From Lama glama (lineage: Eukaryota): DNA of 64,000 nt. This document shows, one piece after another, positions 38,509 to 52,370 of this stretch. The stretch lies in NCBI GenBank assembly GCA_028534125.1, contig CM052817.1, positions 42,286,001 to 42,350,000 on the forward strand, given 5' to 3'. A model generated the notes under the pieces. That model searched no databases. It saw only the letters and a list, made by a program, of their open reading frames with translations, and was not told the origin of the DNA. Made by a program: the position numbers and the translations under genes. The first letter of the stretch is position 1. Every line of letters starts with the position of its first letter.

Positions 38509-40605
38509 GAGACAGACACAGAGAGATGGAGGTTGACTCAGAGTAATGCACTTCAAATTGTCTTAGTTTAAGAATCTGATGGTAGAGAGCCTCGACCTTA
38601 GACATAGCCACAACCAGCTTGCTATTGAACAGATCAGCTCCTCAACCATAGACTGGAGATGGGTGGGCTGGAGGTATCTCAAGTTCCTTCCAGCTCTGAC
38701 AACATTTTTGTGAATAGAGTCATGTTGGAGGCTTTGGTATTTATGCATCTCATATATTTAATGACTGGCTTTATTCGTAGAGCATGGTAATATTAGCTCT
38801 GTAAACCGCCTTTTAGTTACAAGAAAGACATTGAACCATAGTACATGATTTGATAATTAGCCATGATAGAGTAATTTCTCAGTTAATTTCTTATAACTAT
38901 AATTTGTCAAAGAGGCAACTGATAATAAAGTTTATATCTAATGAAACCTCTCAAAAGATGAGTAAAATACTGGAAAGTTTATCCATGTATTTCACTCAGA
39001 CTTTACAGTCTTAGCAAGTGTCTCAAAGGCACATATAAAGATACACAGAAATTGTTAGGAGCTGTTTATACCACCAGTTTTAGTGAGTGAGGTACTTTGT
39101 ACCCTACAGACAGTTAAATCGTTGAACTCTTCTCTCCTAAGTCAAAATTGGGGGCGGGGGGAACTTAATTGACAATAACTATGCATATGTTTCCCATAGC
39201 AAGTATTCATTGGAAAACATTTTACTGAGTAATTTGAACACAGTTCAGGATAGGTACTGTGTTAGAACTGCTGACTTTTCCAAAGTCACCATTTTTTTGT
39301 AAAAGAAAACTATGAAAGTGAGAGTTTAAAAAATATAGACCCTTAACATTGTTTTCTAATTACTGTAAAGTTATTTGTACCTTGGGTGAATTATATTTTC
39401 AAGATTATAAGTGTCAATGGATAATCCAAAATAAGTTGTAAAAGTTATTAAAATATGCATTTATGTAGATTTGGTTAAAGACACTGAGTTAATTTTCTAG
39501 AATGTAGACTAACCAAAAAATATATGCATTGCCTTTGTGTTCTAAAAGGCACGGTGATTTTAAACAATTTAGTTGCTAAAAGAAAGGAACTGAGAGCTTT
39601 CAAAGTCGCAGGAAAAGGAAATTGTTACATCATATGCTAAATTAGAAGCAATTCTAAACCTCTAGGCATGCTTTTGAACTTTTGTACTCCACCATCTGAT
39701 TTGCCCAAGTAGCTAGGGGAAGAAAAACTCACATTATGAAATAAGATTGACTAGTTCTAGCAGATGACACCTGTAAATAGAATTTTTACTGGGTGAAATG
39801 CTGATGTAAAATGAGATGATTATCATTATCACACTAAGTTTTCTTCTGAGTTCTTTTTTAACATCCTCTAATTCTAAAAGCCTCTCTTAATTAAACAGAG
39901 CAATGACAGACCTTCATCTTCTTTAAATACTCTGTTTGTGTGAGGCTGTCACATGGGAAGAAAGATTATATTTTAAACAATATGTTCAAGTGTAAAAAAT
40001 CTTCAACAAATTCTTAATGTTTAAAAAATTGGGAGAAATTTTCAGGGCTTCTGTAATTAACATCTTGGGACTCTTCCCAAGGGGACTAGATATTACAGAA
40101 AGTTTGAAGGGTTTTAGAATAACGTTTATAAAGGATCTCAAAGACTGAATGATAACCTGGAACATTCAGTGTACTTTGTCTCATTTTAAAGGATGTTGAT
40201 ATGATTAGAATAATAGGACAGAAAGCTAAAAAAAGAAAATTATGACAATAACATTAATGGTGCTCATCATCTCTGTGTTCCTGTCACTGCCAGAAAGCAC
40301 TGAAATGATGTATTTATAGCAATGATTTTTAAAATTCTAATTCAAAATGATAAAGGCCAATTCACAAGTGATTTCAGAATTATTAAATCTATTGAGCTGA
40401 TAGAATAACAATAGTATACTCCTCAAATTATTCCTTTAAAATCGTGGTAAAAATGAAAGTAAAATATTTCTTTTAAAAATGTTTCCCTCAACCCCTTCGA
40501 AAATCAATCCAATAATTCTCAACCCAGGGTCATTGCTGCATATGTTTATTTCTTCTAGCTTTCAAAAAGTCACTTTTGTTATCAATTAAATTGAGAAGAG
40601 AGGCT

Positions 40606-41083
40606 TGTGTTAGTTTTCTATTGCTGCTGTAACAAATTACCACAGATTTAATGGCTTAACACATTCATTTTCTGATGGTGCTGGAGGTCAGAAGTCCAAA
40701 ATCAGTTTCATTGAACTAAAAATGAAGGTTTGAGCAGGGTTAGTTTCTGTGGGAGGCGCTGAAAGGAGAATTTGTCTCCCTGCCTTTTTCAGCTTCCAGT
40801 GGCTGCCTGTATTCCTTGGCTTGTGGTCCCTTCTTCCATCTTTAAAGTGTATCGCTCCAACCTCAGCTTCAATCATCACATCCCCTTTTGTCTCTGATCT
40901 CCTTCCTCTTTACAAGACCGCTGTGATTACATTGGACTCACCTGGATAATACCAGGTAACTTCCTCATCTCAAAATTCTAAACACAGCCACGTCAGCAGA
41001 GCACCTTTTGCCACATGAGGTAACAATTACAGCCTGGGGATTAGGCCATGGGCATCTTGGGAGGCCATTATCCAGCCTACCAG
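40606..41083 (-). mobile_element. MLT1 (ERVL-MaLR) solo LTR, MLT1C/D-like
   Basis: Starts TGTGTTAGTTTTCTATTGCTGCTGTAACAAATTACCAC, includes GGAGGTCAGAAGTCCAAAAT, and ends GGCCATTATCCAGCCTACCA. Confidence 0.9.
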
Positions 41084-41689
41084 AAAGATTATACTAATTT
41101 TCCTTCCATTAAATATTTCCCTTGTATATGATACCATAAGGAAATACGTAAGTTGAGTTTAACTTCCTATATTAGGTCTTTGCCCAAAATTATTTAGATC
41201 TTGTCATCACACAAGTGGTCTTGTTTTTGGAGGAATCCCACTTGTCCTCATTCTACTGCTTTATATTTTACTTGAGGTTTCTCTCATAAAAAGAAAAATG
41301 CCAGGGGATAAATCCTTGGAATATTCCGGCTGGATGATAAACCTCGCACAAGGTTGAGAAGCACATGGGCAGTTCTTTGTTGCCTCTGGAACAGTTACCT
41401 GTTCTATCTGCATAAGCCCAGAAGTTACTCTGTATTTAGTTCCCTTTAATACTTTTTGCTGTCATACTGAAAATCAGCTTAGAAGATAATGAGAGATCAC
41501 TACAGACAACAAAAATAATCTGATATTCGAATGCTAGCATTAGCAACAGACATTTTAAAAAGAACTTTATAAACATTTTTTAAACTATTGTGTTAGCTAT
41601 TTTGTCCTAAATCATGTGATTCACACATGGCACACTTGGTGTTTACAAAGCACATTGATTTCAATCATACCACTCATACCTGAGGGGTA

Positions 41690-41716
<27 letters not shown>
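41690..41716. repeat. (TA)n microsatellite
   Basis: Seen directly. Confidence 0.95.
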
Positions 41717-41720
<4 letters not shown>

Positions 41721-42725
41721 GAATTGTACTGTTTAGTTCCATATGTGATGTCACATCAGAACATATATCCTACGACAGAAAATTCAACAACTAACTACCA
41801 AATGCCAAATGAGGGCTCAGCAATGTGTGGTCAGTAAGGCAGTGGGAAGGAAAAAGTTAAGTTTATCTTATAGTGGAGAAAAAGAATACCTTAAGTAAAC
41901 AGGTAACCAGTGGGATGAGCATTTTGAACGTATAAGTGCGATGGTCTAGGGCTTCGGGGGAAAACTGGAAGCAGCAGGAACTTTGAAGGATAAGGACACA
42001 AAAAGAGGAGGAAGAAGGATGTTGTAGACAGTGGACAAGCATGCCCTAGAGTGAATGGAAACTGAGGCTGTCTTTGAGGACTGAGAGTTAGGAATTACAG
42101 AAGAGAGAGCCAGGAAGAGTGGGAAGAGATGAAGCAGGATGATTTAGAAATCAAAGTGGGGAGCCATGTTCACGATTTTTGACCATTATCTTCAGGATGG
42201 AAAGAAGCCATTCAACAAATGTTGGAAGATCTAAAGCAGGAAAGTAGTAATATCAGGATGACACTCTGAAGCAATCCCACCTTAGAGGGGAGACCGTAAA
42301 GGAAAGGGTGTATCACGGATAATTCAACATCTCGCCTCAAGTGCCACATCATTGTGCATTGTCTGGGCGTGATATTTCTGAGCTTGTCATAATTCAAATC
42401 CCCTTGGAATTATGGGAGCATGTATTTTCTACTACCTCAATTAAGATACATCCCTCTCAGTTTTAAACAGATGCCATGTGTTTAAAGTTAGAACTAGTCA
42501 TTCTTGCTTCACACTTCTATTTTTTTTTCCTGTTACTTTAAAGATTCAGAGAGTACTATTTTGAATAATTTGGCTACAGTATTTCCCCCTCCCCCAGTCT
42601 CTACGGAGCTTCTCACTCCTGTGCCTATACTCTGGGGTCTGGCCTCTACCCAAGTGTCTCACTGGGGATCTAAATTCTTTAGCCTTATCCTCACATTAGC
42701 TAGAGGTGACCGGCTAATGTGAGCA

Positions 42726-42893
42726 TAGTCAGCCCTTCTTATCTGTGGGCTCTATCACAATTTGTTGAATCCGTAGATGTGAGCTGCAGATGTGGAGGGC
42801 TGTGGGTGCTATAAGGGACTTGAGCATCCACAGTTTTTGGTATCCACCGGGGTTCTAGTACCAAACCCCAGTGCATCCTGCATTACGATTATG
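42726..42893 (-). mobile_element. Short MER2/Tigger-family DNA transposon
   Basis: AGTCAGCCCTT...GTTGAATCCGTAGATG...GGGACTTGAGCATCCACAGTTTTTGGTATCC is the reverse complement of motifs in the 12620-12958 copy. Confidence 0.75.
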
Positions 42894-43049
42894 CAGCCAG
42901 GTTCACAGTATTGGCGTGTCGAGACCAGAGGGCTAGTATACACTAGGATGTCACCCCTATGAAATTACTCTGAACTTTTGAGTGTTCTACTGCAACTGAG
43001 ACCAAAAGAGCTCCATTCTAACATTATGTTATAATTTATTGAAAAGCCA

Positions 43050-43620
43050 CATTCTTGGTCCTGGGGAAACAGTAGCAAAGAAGGACAAGGTCCCTGCTTT
43101 ATATTCAAGTAGAGAAACAGAGTAAGCAATGGGACTTCTAGAGATATGCTCTCAAGAAAGTGTCAAATACATATGTGTGTGTGTGTGTATTCATACATAT
43201 ATTTATCATATCATATGTGCTATGAAGAAAAGGAAGCAGTTTGAGCTAAAAACTGAGTAGAAAGATTTATTGTTGAGGTGGTTACTCAAGGTCTCTCTGA
43301 GGGATGGGGATTCCAGGCAGGGGGAAGAGTTCATTCCCAGGTCCTGAGACAGAGATGCGCTTGGTGAGAACAAGGAGGTGAATGAAGAAAGGCAGAGAGG
43401 TGACAGAGATGAGAATGTGTGATAGAAGAGGGCGGGGAGCAGGGCTTCGAAGGCCAAGGAAGGAGGTAAGATTATACTCTAACTTCCTAATAGGAAGCCA
43501 GGTCTTGGAGGGTTTGAGCAAGACAGTGATATGTTCAGCTTTATACAGGGGGAAAAAAAAAACTCTCGCTTCCTGATGGAGAGTAAACTTTAGGAGGCAA
43601 AATAGAAGCAGGGAGACAGG
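43050..43620 (-). mobile_element. LINE-2 fragment
   Basis: GACAAGGTCCCTGC...GGGAAGAGTTCATTCCCAGG...GGAAGCCAGGTCTTGGAGGGTTTGAGCAAG resembles reverse-complement L2. Confidence 0.7.
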
Positions 43621-46124
43621 TGTGAAGTACGAAACATCCTCTGTCCTTTAATCTGTTTAAGCATAAAATCATCTATATATTTTTCAAGGAGCTGTGATTA
43701 ATAATATAGAGAAACTATATTTCAAGTTGATCATAAGCTTATTAAAGGAAACACCAGGAAATTTAAGATAGATTGTACTCTAGTTGCTTATGTGCTTGGG
43801 TAACTAGAAAGATAAACTGCCTTTCCTCTCTTCCTCTTCGTAGTGAACAAAAGAGCATGACAGCCTTTGTTTAAGAATTTAACTCAGTGAGGAGGGGCTC
43901 TTGCAAGTCATACATTCAAAGCTTCAGCTGAGTTCCTCCACAGGAAGTAAATCTCAGACCTGAGTTCTGCAATAGAGGTTGAACAAAACTGAATTTCTTT
44001 TTATGAGACAAATCTTGGAGAAATTCTCCACATCCCCCTCCCCCACCACCAAAACTGAAGGGAATAAAATGGAGAGAAAAGAAGAGAGAGGAGGGCTAAG
44101 GAAAGAGATAGGAGGTTAGGTTATAAGCTGAGAAAATGGCAGAGGAAGTGTCTGTGTTTTTAAGAATGGAGATGCCTACTTTTCCATTTTAAATCGCATG
44201 CTTTCCTGCGGTGTAAATCCTTCCAGCTCGTAACTTCAGTCGTCTGCTCACTCAGGTTTTCTGTCACGCAAGGTAGTTGACTGAATTCAAGAAAAACAAA
44301 ATGATCCCTAAAATTAATATGAAACACAAGCCTCTCTGAAAATTTGCAGAAATACTGAGTATTGACCATTCCAAAACTGATGAATGGATTTGAGGTAATA
44401 GTACATAGAACTTAAACAGCAATCTTTCCCCACTTGTTAATTGTTTTTTCACGGGATAAAAAAATTGTAAAGAAAGGAGAGTGATTTCAAAGTCAATAGA
44501 ACTAACATCTACTTCAAATATTGTTCAAGTAGTAATCTTGAACAAGACATCAATAAAATTGATAAACTCTAAAATGTTAGAAATAAAAGGGATCAGATTC
44601 TGCCTAATGCCCTGTGCCAATAGACTGAGTTTTTAGGAAAAATTATTAAATTCTATATATTCAACAGGAATAGCATTCATGTCACTCATTTTTTGTTACT
44701 CTATACAGATATGTGCACATACACACATAAGCCTTTCTAGGGAAAGATGCTAAAAACGACTCACAATATGAACTTCCATGTGCTTCACGATCCTAAAGAT
44801 ATCCCTGATTATTCCTGTGAAGCCATACGACATCTGAAAATAATGATTTCTCAGCATCTTTGAAGCTAACCAGGCAAATCACCTGAAAGCATTAATAACT
44901 TGCACTTATATATCATTTTATAATTTTCCAAAATACTTCCACATGTATTATTCATTATTTCTATTTAATAAATACATACTGGCTGCACACTTTATATTCA
45001 GCACCAATTTGGCCAAAACCCAGGCAACTTTAGTGTGAAATTGAGGTGTAAGGGCATGGGGGGAAGGCAGAAGAGACGGCCTTCTCAGGATACTCAGTGT
45101 AAAAAAAAAAAAAAGTCTTACAGCGTGAATCCTGAGTGGCCCATTGGAAAATAAACCCTGATCACATAAAATGAGATTTAATGCTAAATGAGGCCTGTTT
45201 TATATGGGCAACCCTAGATAAACTCTGTACCACCGAGGGTATCTCATTTTGTTGCCACACAATTTCCCATGTACATTAACAGCCTTCCTCAGGGAGCAAA
45301 ATACTTTTAAATCATTCTATTTGTTGCAAAACATTACTTTAGTCTAAGTCACGGGTAAGTTAAGCCACATAAAAATGTAATATCCTCAAAGTGTAAACAA
45401 AACAAAACAAAATGACATAAAAATGATGCAGTTAAGAAGGTGGAGATGCTCCCTGAGTGAAAAAAAGAATGAGGTTTCTGGAGGAAATTGTTTTCAGGGC
45501 CAGCTGAAGGGCATTATGATAGAGATCATTGCTTTAACATAATTTCAGAGGCAGTTAATGTTGAACAAGAAAGGAGAGAAAACCCAAGACAGTGAAAGGG
45601 TAATTAATTCAGAATCTTAGTTTTAATTTCCAAGGACTATATGGTCAAGCAACACTTCATAGTGGAAAACTGAACAACTAGATTTATATTTTGCTCTTTT
45701 GCTTTGTGATAAGGAAATGTTCCAGGTGTTTATTCTATTAACACATCAGTATTTCCACTCCATTTTACCAACTGATCTACACAAAGCAGGTAAAGAACAG
45801 TGCTCTCTAGGTTGAAGCCAGGTATGGCAAACCTTCAGCAGAATGATTTTCTGATACCCCCAGAGAATGGCACAAATGATGCGTCTGGGGTGGAGCCCTG
45901 AGGGGAGAGGAGGTTAGCTGCGCTTTGTAACCAGAAGTGTAAAAACTCTCCTCCACCTGCCAGCGCATGCCCTGATCCCACCTGGCCAGATGAGTGCCAA
46001 CCATGCCAAGAGAAAGTTGCTAAAAACCAACCAAAAAGTCAGAAACCAGGCAGCAACTGTACAAGGGATGAAAAACAACAATAAGGACAAAGCCATTGAG
46101 AGAGAGAGGAAATTGCCTGGAATT

Positions 46125-46400
46125 CACACATTCATTGGCTTAATTAATGACTATTGGCAGGTGCCTACCTTGTGCCCGTCTCTGAACTGGGCAATGAGAC
46201 ACAGCAGAGAGGACACACTGGTCTCAGCAATCTTATTGACAAAAGGAGACAGACACTGAACAAGAGGATGCAAGATCATGAGTCACATAAAGGAGAAATA
46301 CAAAGTGCTGTAAGAACTTGTAATGGGCAGGGACTCACCTAGTCTGAGTCTTTAGGAAAAGCAGTGAAGTTTTTGCTGAGACTGGAATGATGAATAGTGT
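46125..46400 (-). mobile_element. LINE-2 3' fragment
   Basis: CATTCATT...GTGCCTACCTTGTGCC...ACAAAGTGCTGTAAGAAC...GCTGAGACTGGAATGATGAATAG. Confidence 0.65.
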
Positions 46401-46573
46401 TTCCTCTCTCCCTCCCTCCCTCCCTTCCTTCCATCCTTCCTTCCTCCTTCAGTCCTAATCACTTAGCAACATAAGTAGAGCATAAAACAACAGAGAACAT
46501 AAAATAGCAGATTGTCTGGCACATAATAAGCTCTCAATGAGTATTTGTTAGTGAGTTAAAAAATGATTATTCA

Positions 46574-46830
46574 GACTTCTAGTTCCAAGACTGAGTAGTC
46601 CATTTCTCCCACGTCATCTCTATTACAACCAAAAATCCCCGGACATAACACAACAGCAGCAAACACAGGAAGTCTCTGGATGGTGGAAGAAGAAGGCAGA
46701 CTGCTTAAGAACTTGAGGCCAATCTGCAAGTGAGTCTCCTGGTTTCCGTATTGCCTTCTCCCAAGGAGGGTGCCTCGGGAGAGACCCCCGGTCATGGGGG
46801 ACTGGCACCCCTACTGAAGCTGACCTTGCC
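46574..46830 (+). mobile_element. Old L1M 5'-end (5' UTR) fragment
   Basis: GACTTCTAGTTCCAAGACTGAGTAG...AAAAATCCCCGGACAT...GGTGGAAGAAGAAGGCAGAC resembles L1MC/MD 5' ends. Confidence 0.55.
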
Positions 46831-46979
46831 CTCTCTCTTCTCTGTGCAAGTAAAGTGTTGCTCCCTCCAGTACTTGACTGCACTGTATTTTCCTTGGCAT
46901 CTGCAGTACCAAAATGCAATGGGCAGAAGTGTTTATTGAGCCCTCCCGTGGGACTGATAACAGGTACTTTGCTTCACAG

Positions 46980-47115
46980 ATTTTTTTTTCAATTTTTTAT
47001 TGTGGTAAAATACATGCAAGATAAAATTTACCATCTTCAGCATTTAAAGTGTGTAATTCACTGGTTTTTAATACATTCATAGTATTGCACTACCCTTACC
47101 ACCATCCATCTCCCA
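46980..47115 (-). mobile_element. Short L1MB-type 3' end
   Basis: Poly(T) followed by ATTGTGGTAAAATACATG...AAAATTTACCATCTT...ACCACCATCCATCTCC. Confidence 0.75.
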
Positions 47116-48259
47116 AGTCACACAATTAAGCATTTTTGGAATTGCTGCAACAGGCGAGTGTTTTGACTACCTGTATCGTTTTTCCAAACTGATTGATGTT
47201 CCATTTCCTTCTCTTTTTCTGATTGTAGCACAAGGGTTAAGCTTTCCTCTGCAAAAGAGTATAATTAACACAGCTGTGTGTGTGTGTGAACATTCTTTTG
47301 AACTACTTAACTTGTTCATTCAGGTTCAACATTAAGAGGCCTCAAGGCCACAGTTACAATGAGATGCACATTTTGGAGGCTACATTAATACAGTAATGCA
47401 TTTCATGCTGTTGTTCCATAATTTGCCTAATCAAATAAAATGAGATCAAGCATTACATTGGTAGGGTCCAACCTCCCCATCCATACAGTTACATTTAGCT
47501 AATTACATAAGAAATTACTCGTCTTCCAAGGGTTTGTTTGCATTGTTTAAACTAGTTAGAAGTCAGAATTTAATCAGTGTATTCTATTTGTCTCCTAAAA
47601 TCTAGTGAGACAATTTCTCCTCCTGAGTAAAGCCAAAGTATATGGGAACAATGTGAGGGTCTTAATTAGTTAGTTAAACATATAGATATTTATTGATTAC
47701 TGGCTACATACCAGGCACTTTGTTGGCCACTTATTCATAGCAGTGAAAAAGACAGAAACACAACCCTCACCTTCCATGAAGATCTTTATGGCCTGTGAGG
47801 TACCATATTCATGGGTCCCAGACATCTTTGGATGAGGGGAGCATTATCCTGCCTCCCACACTAATATAGAGAATGAATTTAAGAATTAGGCCTGTGATGA
47901 TATCTTCTTGAAATAAATTTATTTCAAGTAACAGTTTAAATTCATATCATATGCCTCGAGAATGGAACTAAATTAAAAACTACTCAAATTCTCATAGGCA
48001 TTTGAAAATTTCTGTTAGTTTCAATTTCAGATAAATCCAATTTATTGAAACCCAGGTGGATTCTATTTTTTCTCATGCCAACTGAGATGTCTTTTTCTAA
48101 CAATTTTGAAAGGCTCAACATTCTCAGATTCTTTGTCTGTAGTTAGTTGGCCACACCCACTATACAACTTCCTAATTCTAAATTATAGCTTTCAGTTTTC
48201 CTGTTGTGAGACTAAAAAACACTGCTAGAAGATGTTGACTCAGTTACCAGTTGGCACCA

Positions 48260-48490
48260 TATATATATATTATGTATATACACACGCACACATATATTTT
48301 TTATATATATATAAATTATATATTAACTTGTTAGGGTTTTATATTATATATATAATGTATATATATTTAAATATATATAATGTATGTATATTTATATATA
48401 AAATATATATTTATACATATAATGCATATATTTATGTATAATGTATATATATTTATACATATATAAAATGCATATACACACACACATATC
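48260..48490. repeat. (TA)-rich low-complexity tract
   Basis: Seen directly. Confidence 0.9.
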
Positions 48491-49220
48491 TGCACAGTTT
48501 TTCAGTATCATATACAGGTCTACTACAATTGAGGATAAATAACTTTTCAGGAAGGCAATTTTGAAATCTGGCATAAAATCCTTAACATGTGCATTCTCTA
48601 GACTCAATTAGGTTTGCTTTATGTTTCCTTTGATGTATTTATGGGCAATTAAAAAAAAATGAGATGCTTAGTAACTTTTTATACATCTCTCTGTACTGTT
48701 ATCATTATGAGTTTTTTCTTAATGGTAAATTTAACCCACACACACAAAAACTACTTTTGAATGGGAAAAACAAATCAATGGAAACAGTTGATTTTCACAA
48801 AATTCATTTATTCTAAGTATAGGATAGCATGAAGTAAATAAGAATCCAACATCATTTGGAGTAGTTCTCTAAACAGTTGCAAAAATAGGGAAATTTATGA
48901 AGAAATATCTCCTGACATAAAGGTAAGGTGTGGAACAGAGTTTTTGATATTAAATGTGGGCAGTGATTTAGGAAATAGTCACTAGGATGTGCCACTGTCA
49001 CTGTCATCTCACACTAAATAGCAACAGTAACAACAACAAATAATCACTCTTCTTGACCCCACGTAGCTTGGCAGTTCCTATGTCCATCAGTTCATCAATC
49101 AATCATGCCATCTAGAAATCATAGTCAGTTTCTTCTTCTCTTTATTTTCTTAGTTCTTACTAGTACTAATTTTTCCTTTCGCTTCTTTGCTACTAGTGTT
49201 CCAATCAATTTAATCTTAGG

Positions 49221-49434
49221 CAATACAATTCAATAGATCTCTCTGAGATAAAGGAAAACTTCTGTAAATCTGCACTGACAATATGGTAGCCACTAGCAAC
49301 ATGTGGCTATTGAGCACTTGAAATAAAACTAGAAAGACTGAGAAACTGAATTTTCAAATTTATTTATTTTATTTTAACTTGTAAGCAGTTATCTGCATGC
49401 TATGACTAATGTCTACTGTGTTGGACAAAACAGG
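49221..49434 (+). mobile_element. MER3 (hAT-Charlie) DNA transposon
   Basis: CAATATGGTAGCCACTAGCAACATGTGGCTATTGAGCACTTGAAAT...GACTGAGAAACTGAATTTT...TACTGTGTTGGACA. Confidence 0.85.
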
Positions 49435-49499
49435 TCAAGGGCTTCATAATCTCACTCCATCTGTACATATATTTAGTCACTTAAAAGTATCTTTTGGGG

Positions 49500-51420
49500 G
49501 AAAATCTACTTGTTCCCAGGAATAGTAGAGATTCACATTCCCCAAGGATCTGGTGGCCAAGAAAAGAATGTGATAGAGGTGTGTGCAGGGTGTTGTGAGA
49601 GAATGGACAGAGACTAACTAGGTGCTGAGAAAAGGCTTCTTGAGGAAGGTGGTGCTTGAAGTGAGATGCGATGGATCAAGAGTGCAGAGGAAAGAAGAGC
49701 AGACAGAGAGGAATGTATAATGTTAACAGGGCAAAAGAGAGCAGTCCATTTGGGGGGAAATTATAGAAGTTCAAAGTGGATGAAATCTAAAATCCAAAGT
49801 AAGGAAAATGTCATGAGGTGGGCTTAGGAAGTTAAGCAAAGACTCCAGAGTGGTGTCTAACCTTTCTTTCATTTTCTGTTTTAAAGTGCTTATAACATAT
49901 TTATTGCATACTAATCCAGGTTATTTTGCTTTTTATTTGTTTATTTTTAAGCAAAAGAGAGAAGTAATTAGATGAGCACATTGGAAATGTAATAAAATAC
50001 AAGAGGGAGAATGGGTTGGAAGGTGCAAAATTTGTGGGGGTGTCAGTAGGGAGATTGTTGCCATGATCTTATCTGTAATGACAGTAGGAAGAGAAAGTAA
50101 AATGTACAGGAAAAAATATTACAGAGCTAGAATCAACAAGATTTGGTGATTGACTACCTGTATAAGTTGAAGATAGTCAGGGAATCAAAACATTTCATAG
50201 GTCTCTGTCTCTGGAAAATGTGGTTTGCAAGGGACTGGTGACGTCATTCATTAATGTAGGAAGCTTTGACCTGGGCTAAGAGTCATTTCTAAGATAAGTC
50301 ACATTGTTGGCAGAAGGCCTCAGTTCTCTGACATGTGAACCCCTTGATAGACCTCCTTGAATCCCTCCATGGCGTAGAAGGTTTTATCTACCAGATCAAG
50401 CGATAAGAGAGACACAGAGAGAGAGAGGATGCTTTTTATGACCCAGTCTTGGAAGTTGTGCACTCCCACTTCCTCCACAGCTCATTTGTTAGAAGGGAGT
50501 CACTTTGTCCAGCTCAGTCAATGCCAGGGTGTTGGGCTCCACCTTTAGAAGGAAGGGTGTCAAAGAATTTGTGGGCATATTTTAAAACTACTGCACTACT
50601 ATAGGAGAAATATGAACTTATTTATTAAAATAGTTAACTTTGCTCTAACTAATAGAGGGGAACTACGAGCTCAGTTCTGGTCCCCGAGTTTACCTCTGTG
50701 AAATATGTAAATGGAAATTTTCAGTAGACTTTCAGATGGTTTTATGTTTCTGGAGAGATATTGGTTGAAGCCATAGGAATGGATGAAAATAACTCAAAGA
50801 AAGAATGGTGAGTGAAAAAGAGGGCCAAAGACACAACCTCTTCTAGGGAACCCTTTGCAGGCAATTCCTGCAGTAGGAAGACATTGATGGAAGTGGAGCC
50901 CAAAAATGACTCTAAGAACTAATAGTCAAGCTGTGTGCGGAGAATGAAGAAAGAGTGACAGCATTCTGAAAAGGAAGGGCTGAGTATGACACACATTGAC
51001 TTTAGTTTATACACTACTCCTGCAGAGGAAGATTGGGGGACATTAAGGGGATTTTTAGTCATAGTTTATATTTTATATTTTATTTATTTTTTCAGTAAGA
51101 TAGAAATCAAGAAAACACAAATGTCAAATTTGTTTAATCTGAATAGCGAATAATGAATGTGTTATGTTGTTACATGTGCTTTCATATTTGAAACACCTGT
51201 GTATTTGAAATACTTATATTAATAAAATTCAAAGGAACTGATTAACTTTGTCAAGCCCTGCAGAAGGTCAAGAAAGGCAAGAACTGAAAAATGTCCACTG
51301 GATTTAGTAATAAAGTGGTTAATAGGGTCCTTGGTAAAAATAATTTCAGCAAACTAGGGGTGGTAGAAGCCAGATTCCAGTGGGATAAGAAGTTACTTTA
51401 GAGAGGTTGGCTGGAAGGGT
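49500..51420 (-). mobile_element. Fragmented LINE-2 interrupted by an old MLT1 LTR (~50270-50600); boundaries approximate
   Basis: Purine-rich L2-like segments (GCTAGAATCAACAAGATTTGGTGATTGA; GAAAAATGTCCACTGGATTTAGTAA; GAAGCCAGATTCCAGTGG). An MLT1-like segment reads GTTGGCAGAAGGCCTCAGTTC...GGCTCCACCTTTAGAAGG. Confidence 0.6.
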
Positions 51421-51979
51421 CAGAAATACATCTTTGTAGGCTCAGAATTATAGAAGCTATTATACTTTTGTCACTGTTTCTTTCTAAAACAAGGTAACTT
51501 AAATTTATTTCTAGACCAAGGTAGGGGGAAAAGCCAGCAGAGAGGGGAGACTTGCAATTCCAGACTAAAACCACTGAAAAGCAGAACAAGATCCAAAATG
51601 CAAACGGAAGACTTGTCATGAGAGGACGTGGGTCTTTCCCTTTCCTTTTGTGTGGTAGGGAGAATAGGGGTTCCTGCCATAGCGGGAAAGAGGGAGTCAC
51701 TGAAACAGAGACAGATGAGACTGGGTACCTTGATAAGCCTGATGAAAGTCTGGATCTCCTTTTTGGGAATCAGAAACTGATTTGTCACAGAACTGTTCCT
51801 AGTGCCTGAGAGTAACTGCCTGAGATTCACACGCTGGTTTCTCAGAAGCAGATGGTGGGATGGAGCCTTGGATGTGACTGTTTATTGAGGATCATTACCT
51901 ATGAAGGAGTGGAAGTCATCTAATGACTTTTTGTGGACCACTTGGTGAATAAGCTGCAGATCATTCATATAGTCAAAAT

Positions 51980-52370
51980 AAATGTATCAATATAAATGAA
52001 TCGCAAGAATATGACAGTGAGTGAAAAAAGCAACCAGCCACCGGTTATCTACCATATGATAAAATTTATGTCAGTTTAAAAAACAAAACAATAGTATATT
52101 TTATGTTGTAAATAAATATATAGAGAGTAAAAATACAAAAAATTCATGGGAAAGATACAAATCAACTTGGTTGCCTACGATGGCCCGTGAAATATAAAGG
52201 AATGGGAGGTTCTGTGAGGCAAATATGTCAAGCCTTGTGCTTGACACATACTAAGCACTATAGGTGTTAGCTAATATAATAATAAAACATGCTAATATGT
52301 TTATTCTTATTGGTATCCATGTAGGTGTCTGTTATATTGTTTTGTTGTTGTTGTGTGTTTGAAAGCATTC
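51980..52370 (+). mobile_element. Old L1ME-like 3' end
   Basis: ATGAATCGCAAGAATATGACAGTGAGTGAAAAAAGC...CATATGATAAAATTTATG. Confidence 0.55.
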